Source: Pavona decussata (taxonomy: Eukaryota). Taken from it: a stretch of 64,000 bases of DNA. Numbering within the stretch: position 1 is the stretch's first letter; each line of letters opens with the position of its first letter. The stretch lies in contig CDRNST010000318.1 in NCBI GenBank assembly GCA_977016875.1, positions 3,286,001-3,350,000 on the forward strand, given 5' to 3'. Of the stretch, positions 60,101 to 64,000 are shown piece after piece. The translations under genes were made by a program, and so were the position numbers. The notes below the pieces were generated by a model that saw only the letters and a program-made list of their open reading frames with translations, did no database searches and was not told the DNA's origin.

Positions 60101-63100
60101 TAGATGTAAGCTTAATATCCATAAATCATTTTGCTTCTAGAACATCAAGGTCATAGGAGTGACTAGCAGAGGGTCTTCTAAGAGACTAAAATATAATAAT
60201 TCAAATAACAACAATACAACACTACAAAGCTATAATTTAAATAATTGTTGACCCTTGGAAACAAAGAAAATGAATAAGCAAGCAGGCTGTTTATTAAATT
60301 AGTTAATGTTCCTACTTTATATTAATGCAGAAAAAAATAGAGAAAGAAACAACATGGTTGGCATTACCAGTGGTGTTATGTAGGCATGAGAAACATTCTC
60401 CTGTTTCATCATGACAGTCGTTGGAGTGACCAAAACAGTTGCAAGGAACACATGAGCTATTATCTGCACCTCTGGTGAATCCTTTGGCACACAACTGAAA
60501 ACCAGTGTAACAATGTAAGCTTGAGAGTTTTAATCATTCTTTTACATTGTGCTTTAAAGTGACACAATCAATGGACAACAACATTTGCTTAGAATGGTTT
60601 TCATTAATAATAAAACAAAATATTAATAAGCACTTGACACTTCTGGGCCAGACAAAAGTTCAGAGCTGGCATGGCAACCAAAGTTACTGGTCTCCCAAAT
60701 ACTACTAAATTAAACATGTTTTTCCTAAATTTTGGTCAGTAATTTGTCATCAGCTTTGAATTCTTCCTTGGAATGAGGACATACTTTGTTCTATAAAATG
60801 TAGGTATAACAAATGCAAAGAAACAGGTAATTATTCAGGAGGTGAAAAGAAAGTGGATATGTTTTCAAAAACAACATTTCCTAGTACTTACGACATAGTT
60901 GGTTTTTGCAGCTCAATTAAGTTCACACATTATTAAAAGACACAGGCTATCAAGAGACTTTACGTCTCTTTTGCAACACTTTATTTGTATTTTTTTCCTT
61001 TTTCTTTTAGTCCACTTTGCTTTCTTCAGCTATAAGCCTAAATTTTACACTATTTTAATATCCTTCAAGGATAATGCTTAAGTTTTTATTTTACTAATCT
61101 ATCCTTACCTCGCAGGATGCCCCCGTGGCCCTTGCTGGACATTCACACAGTTCAACACTCTTTGCTCTTGCTGCTCCCACAACAGGTCCATCAACAGCCA
61201 CATTCATGACAACATCATTGATAAATGCTTCTGCCACCTCTGTGCTATAGGTAGCCCTCAGTTTTAAAGAATTTATGTTCAAAAGCACTGACATGAAATC
61301 ATGTCTGCTGACATTTGATCCACTTCCATCTTCCCACAGGTGCTGCAGCAACAACAACAACAACAATTAATTACTACAGGAACGGAAATTCTGTGCAGCT
61401 AGCAAAAAAATTGTGTTCATGGGTGACATGTGTAAAGCAGAAGTTTAACATCTAGATCAACAAGCACATAGAATGCTACATGCATTGAAAAACAAAACCC
61501 CACTGTACATGTGACACAATCCTTGGAACTGTTGTGAACAAACAGCAATGCTGTTCATATACTGTCAGTTTCAATCAGAATTGAGCGCCCTTCTTGATAT
61601 GAGATTCTGATAAACACTAATTGACTTGAAGCCAAAACTTACCATAGCTGTCACAGTGCAACAAATATCTTACCTCTACAAACAGTGCCTCAACAGCTGT
61701 GGTCTTCCCAGGTGATATTTCCATCTTTTTCTTGTACTGAAGAACTTTACCATCTCCACCCTAAAAAAAAACACCAAGAAAGTCAATTTGTACATACTTC
61801 AAAGGATTTTTAGGTAATGCACATAATTTATAAGGTTTGAGGTCTTTTACAATTCTTGGTGAAAATACACTTAAGTGATGAAATCATTCCCAAGGGAGTG
61901 AAGAAAATTGGTCACAGGTTGAAATAGGATTCAACCTACATTAAAATTAATGTATATGTGCTTATGTGTTTATTTTCCTTTGTTTTTGTGTATCGTAATG
62001 TGTGATGATGAGTATAAAACAAATGATAACAAAAAATATGGGCACTTAAATTTGTGAGAGAATTGTTGCTTCTACAACTCAGAATTAACACAGACATGAC
62101 AGCCCCATGTTACCACCACCAGCAGATGATATGGCTTATGTCTCCAACTATCAACATGGACAGATTAATTTTTTTTATAACTGTCACAGTACCTCTACTA
62201 TGACATCAGGTTTTATAGTAAGCAAGGGAGAGCCGCCTCCTTGTGGGACCTCATATCGCACTGTGTATGTTAGTTTCCCACCATAAGATGACACCTGCAA
62301 ATGATGGACATCACATCATAAATTTCCAGTAATCAAACATGAGGAAGAACCTTTCATCCAATTGTCAAACACCGAGAAGTGGGTTGATAAAACAGGGAAC
62401 AGCCAGATTTTTGTAACCAGCTTCAAGATGTTTGGAAATAAGATGAAACACTCTTTCAAGTATTTGATATAGCTTCTCAAACCATTAATAATTCTTGTAG
62501 AAAATAAAAGCAAAAGTTTGCCAATTTTTTTGAGATTGAAAAGACCATGTTCCCACACTTCCTTCAAGGTAGTGATTTCCTTTGTTTTCTCTTCATGAAT
62601 AATTCGTATTCATATGTCCATATTATAATAAGTTTGAGAACAACTTTTAAAAAAAGATAAAGGTTGTTCCTTCTGAGTCAATATAATCAACTACCCTAAA
62701 TGGCGTCTTGGTGTGGAACCTTGCCATGGTGACAGAGCTTACGTGGGCTAATGAAGATCCAAGCTATGCCAAGTACGTTCAACAATGTTGGAAAGGTTGG
62801 GTCCGAGGTCCCAGACTAAGATCACACCAGCCCCTGCCAACCCGCACTGGGCCAGCGTGGCAGGATTTTGGCCCATTCCTCTCCATGCACTACCTCAATG
62901 ATTCAACGGCCATTCCTGTTGGGTCAGCAGATCTAAACCAAGGCCCAACCACATCGCTTACGGGTAGGGGTGATGTGCGTCAAATACAACTACCCAACCA
63001 AAAAGGCAGTGAAAAAATATATAGATAAATAAATAGGATTGCTGGACATGATGCATACCTTCTTGCCCAGGTATGCCTTAGGTGCTACCCAGTACACTGG

Positions 63101-63218
63101 TTTGTCTTTTTCATCCCTTTGACTACTTATAGCAGCAGACAGATTAACAGCTCCAATTTTCACCACAGATGCAGGAGTGTTCTCTATAGTCCAGTCATCC
63201 ATGCTGTTTACTTCTGAC
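37824..63218 (-). CDS. LAMA5: Laminin alpha chain, alpha-3/5 (LanA)-type; C-terminal part (L4b, LE repeats, coiled coil, LG1-5); gene continues past the right edge
   Basis: 30 phase-compatible exons: ~63059-63218, 62193-62294, 61674-61760, 61109-61342, 60368-60494, 59565-60073, 58969-59149, 58090-58375, 57926-58002, 57163-57363, 55536-55888, 54577-54693, 53587-53880, 52706-52931, 51967-52052, 50537-51099, 49552-49816, 47358-47869, 46394-46496, 45605-45760, 44562-44704, 43630-43824, 42982-43109, 41903-42161, 41188-41380, 40515-40670, 40124-40283, 39635-39765, 38343-38565, 37824-37990 (stop). L4 motif YWVAPKAYLGKKVSSYGG; about 6 LE modules after L4 with SNSFA and NFDSCLGC signatures typical of alpha-3/5; LG motifs (LYIGGVP, YTGCID). 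The alpha-5 symbol is a best guess at subtype. Confidence 0.88.
42776..42975. mobile_element. piggyBac-like MITE with truncated right end
   Basis: TTAACCCTTTAACTCCTAATATC..GGAGAAATTTGATGCTGATCACTGTTGGG; similar to 9222-9458. Confidence 0.55.
43197..43465 (-). mobile_element. Second copy of the same tRNA-containing retroposon: one ~263-bp unit with an internal tRNA-like module, in a laminin intron
   Basis: Highly similar to 23617-23889; tRNA-like part 43257-43332; TSD AACTATTCAAC(C/T)ATT at 43183-43197 / 43464-43478; TGAGAA at both ends. Confidence 0.8.
44031..44282 (+). mobile_element. tRNA-headed SINE with a V/Meta-like core domain
   Basis: Head GGGGAGCAGGGAGGGCACAGTGGTGAGAGCA..CCGGGTTCAATGCCCGG; core GAGAGGTTTTTCTCCGGGTACTC; (TAAT)n tail; related copies at 24866-25049 and 33620-33735. 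Confidence 0.75.
44842..45130. mobile_element. Hairpin-ended element in reverse orientation, in a laminin intron
   Basis: Hairpin ~45009-45127 (AACAATT..GAGATGATAGATAGCCAAC / GTTGGCTATCTATCATCTC..AATTGTT); TGATTGGCT near the other end. Confidence 0.6.
45258..45580. mobile_element. Hairpin-ended element in a laminin intron
   Basis: Imperfect hairpin ~45260-45390 (AATGTTCAAAACT..GAACCAC / GTGGTTTC..AGTTTTGAACATT); TTTTACAATA / TATTGTAAAA inverted pair; AGCCAATCAG near the far end. Confidence 0.55.
48178..49167. mobile_element. Long-TIR (foldback-like) non-autonomous element carrying a nested insertion
   Basis: ~110-bp imperfect TIRs GTTACCGTATACCTTTAGAGGTGTC..AAACCCCT / AGGGGTTTAG..GACACCTCTAAAGATATACGGTAAC; the inverted symmetry continues at 48305-48345 / 48730-48768. 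Confidence 0.75.
48770..49074. mobile_element. Hairpin-ended element with asymmetric inverted repeats and no TSD (Crypton/Helentron-like non-autonomous), nested in the previous element
   Basis: Hairpin 48772-48882 capped by GGGGC-GAA-GCCCC; TTTAGCATACCTCAGTG (48882-48898) pairs with CACTGAGGTATGCTAAA (49058-49074); it interrupts the host TIR. Confidence 0.7.
51438..51701 (+). mobile_element. Second family of tRNA-like-containing short element with a short inverted 5' copy of its 3' end
   Basis: Degenerate internal tRNA-like segment (CAGCTTAGTTAAGTAGAGCACTGCAC..AAGCCTGAA); 22-bp inverted ends 51438-51459 / 51680-51701 with 1 mismatch; related fragment at ~44448-44545. Confidence 0.6.
54133..54183. 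repeat. (GT)n microsatellite followed by poly-G
   Basis: Read directly. Confidence 0.9.
56533..56690. mobile_element. Harbinger-like palindromic MITE (family also at 54957-55118 and 56277-56408)
   Basis: GGCCCCGGTGGTT..TTATCCGCTGGATAA..TTTGAACAACTGGGGCC; three related copies within 2 kb. Confidence 0.6.
62697..62986 (+). mobile_element. RTE-derived non-autonomous short retroposon (5' UTR plus 3' end), with a candidate HDV-like ribozyme
   Basis: TSD CAACTACCC (62688-62696, 62987-62995). ACCTTGCCATGGTG..CTAATGAAG..AGCTATGCC..CCAGACTAAGA resembles RTE/Expander 5' ends, and CCAACCCGCACTGGGCCAGCGTGG resembles RTE-type 3' ends (both from recalled consensus). Confidence 0.6.
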
Positions 63219-63899
63219 CTAAATCGTAAATGGAGGAGACACTGATCATACATGCTAGCTAGAGATGTTGTCTCCTGAGAATCACAGAATAACATTTGCA
63301 AAGCCATTGATAGTTTAAGTGGACAAAAAAGTAAAGTAATATCAATATCATTTTGTGCCTAAATGTATGATTTTGCCCCGGTTGTAGTATAACCCTACCG
63401 TTAACTCAAACTTAGTAAAATTGAACCTTTCGCTGACTCAAGCAAAATCTGATTTTGAATTTCCCTGAATTTGACCCCAGATATTTTCAGGTCATTTGCT
63501 GTCAGCTAACTAGAACTCAGTCAACTTGAACTCCCTGCTTACTTGAACTAATTATACTTTCCCTTGGCTCAAATTTAACCCAATAACAAGAACTCTATTT
63601 TAAAAACATCAGTCAACATGTCAGAACACAGCTGATTGACCAGATCTCAGCCTTTATTGTTTTCTCCTATGTTCTTAAACTTATTGCACCAAAGTGACCC
63701 ATGAATGTGAAAGAATGATAAAACCACAATATTTCCTTAAATTTAATCAAAAGGATACTTGAAATTAAACACCAACCCCACTAACTCAAACTATTTATTG
63801 GTTCCCTTGGGAGTCTGTGCATTAATCTATACAAACAGGGCATAAAACAAGCTACAATTTAGGGGTATATGTTGTAGGTTAAAATGAATCTCAGGTTAA

Positions 63900-64000
63900 A
63901 ATGATTTCAACCTAGGTTGATTTGTATTTTCCTTTGTTTCAGATGTAAATTACCCAACCTTAACAAAGGAAAATACAAATCAACCTAGGTTGAAATCATT
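63900..64000. repeat. 39-bp inverted repeat (palindromic MITE cut by the window edge)
   Basis: AATGATTTCAACCTAGGTTGATTTGTATTTTCCTTTGTT (63900-63938) and its reverse complement (63962-64000). Confidence 0.7.

Overview
AT-rich, intron-rich animal DNA. It is probably a cnidarian, most likely a stony coral; this is inferred from gene content and repeat style only. Five spliced protein-coding genes can be rebuilt from GT-AG boundaries with consistent phases: (1) RTEL1 helicase on the minus strand, 22 exons in the window, running off the left edge; (2) a stathmin-family gene on the minus strand with five 51-aa tubulin-binding repeats; (3) a divergently transcribed class II aldolase/adducin-head enzyme on the plus strand with a mitochondrial-like presequence; (4) MAPK15/ERK7-8 on the plus strand, 14 exons; (5) the 3' part of a laminin alpha-3/5-type chain on the minus strand, 30 exons, running off the right edge. 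Introns and intergenic DNA are full of mobile elements: a young, 5'-truncated Penelope-like retroelement with 433-bp inverted pseudo-LTRs and a minimal hammerhead ribozyme; a decayed CR1/L2 LINE; an RTE-derived short element with an HDV-ribozyme-like 5' end; SINEs; and many MITEs. The most interesting signals are a short tRNA-containing retroposon whose copies imply a tandem or circular template and show Penelope-style 5' inversion, the five-repeat stathmin, RTEL1-stathmin-laminin-alpha5 linkage echoing human 20q13.33, and several unrelated elements sharing a long terminal hairpin plus asymmetric inverted repeats with no TSD. All coordinates were read by eye.
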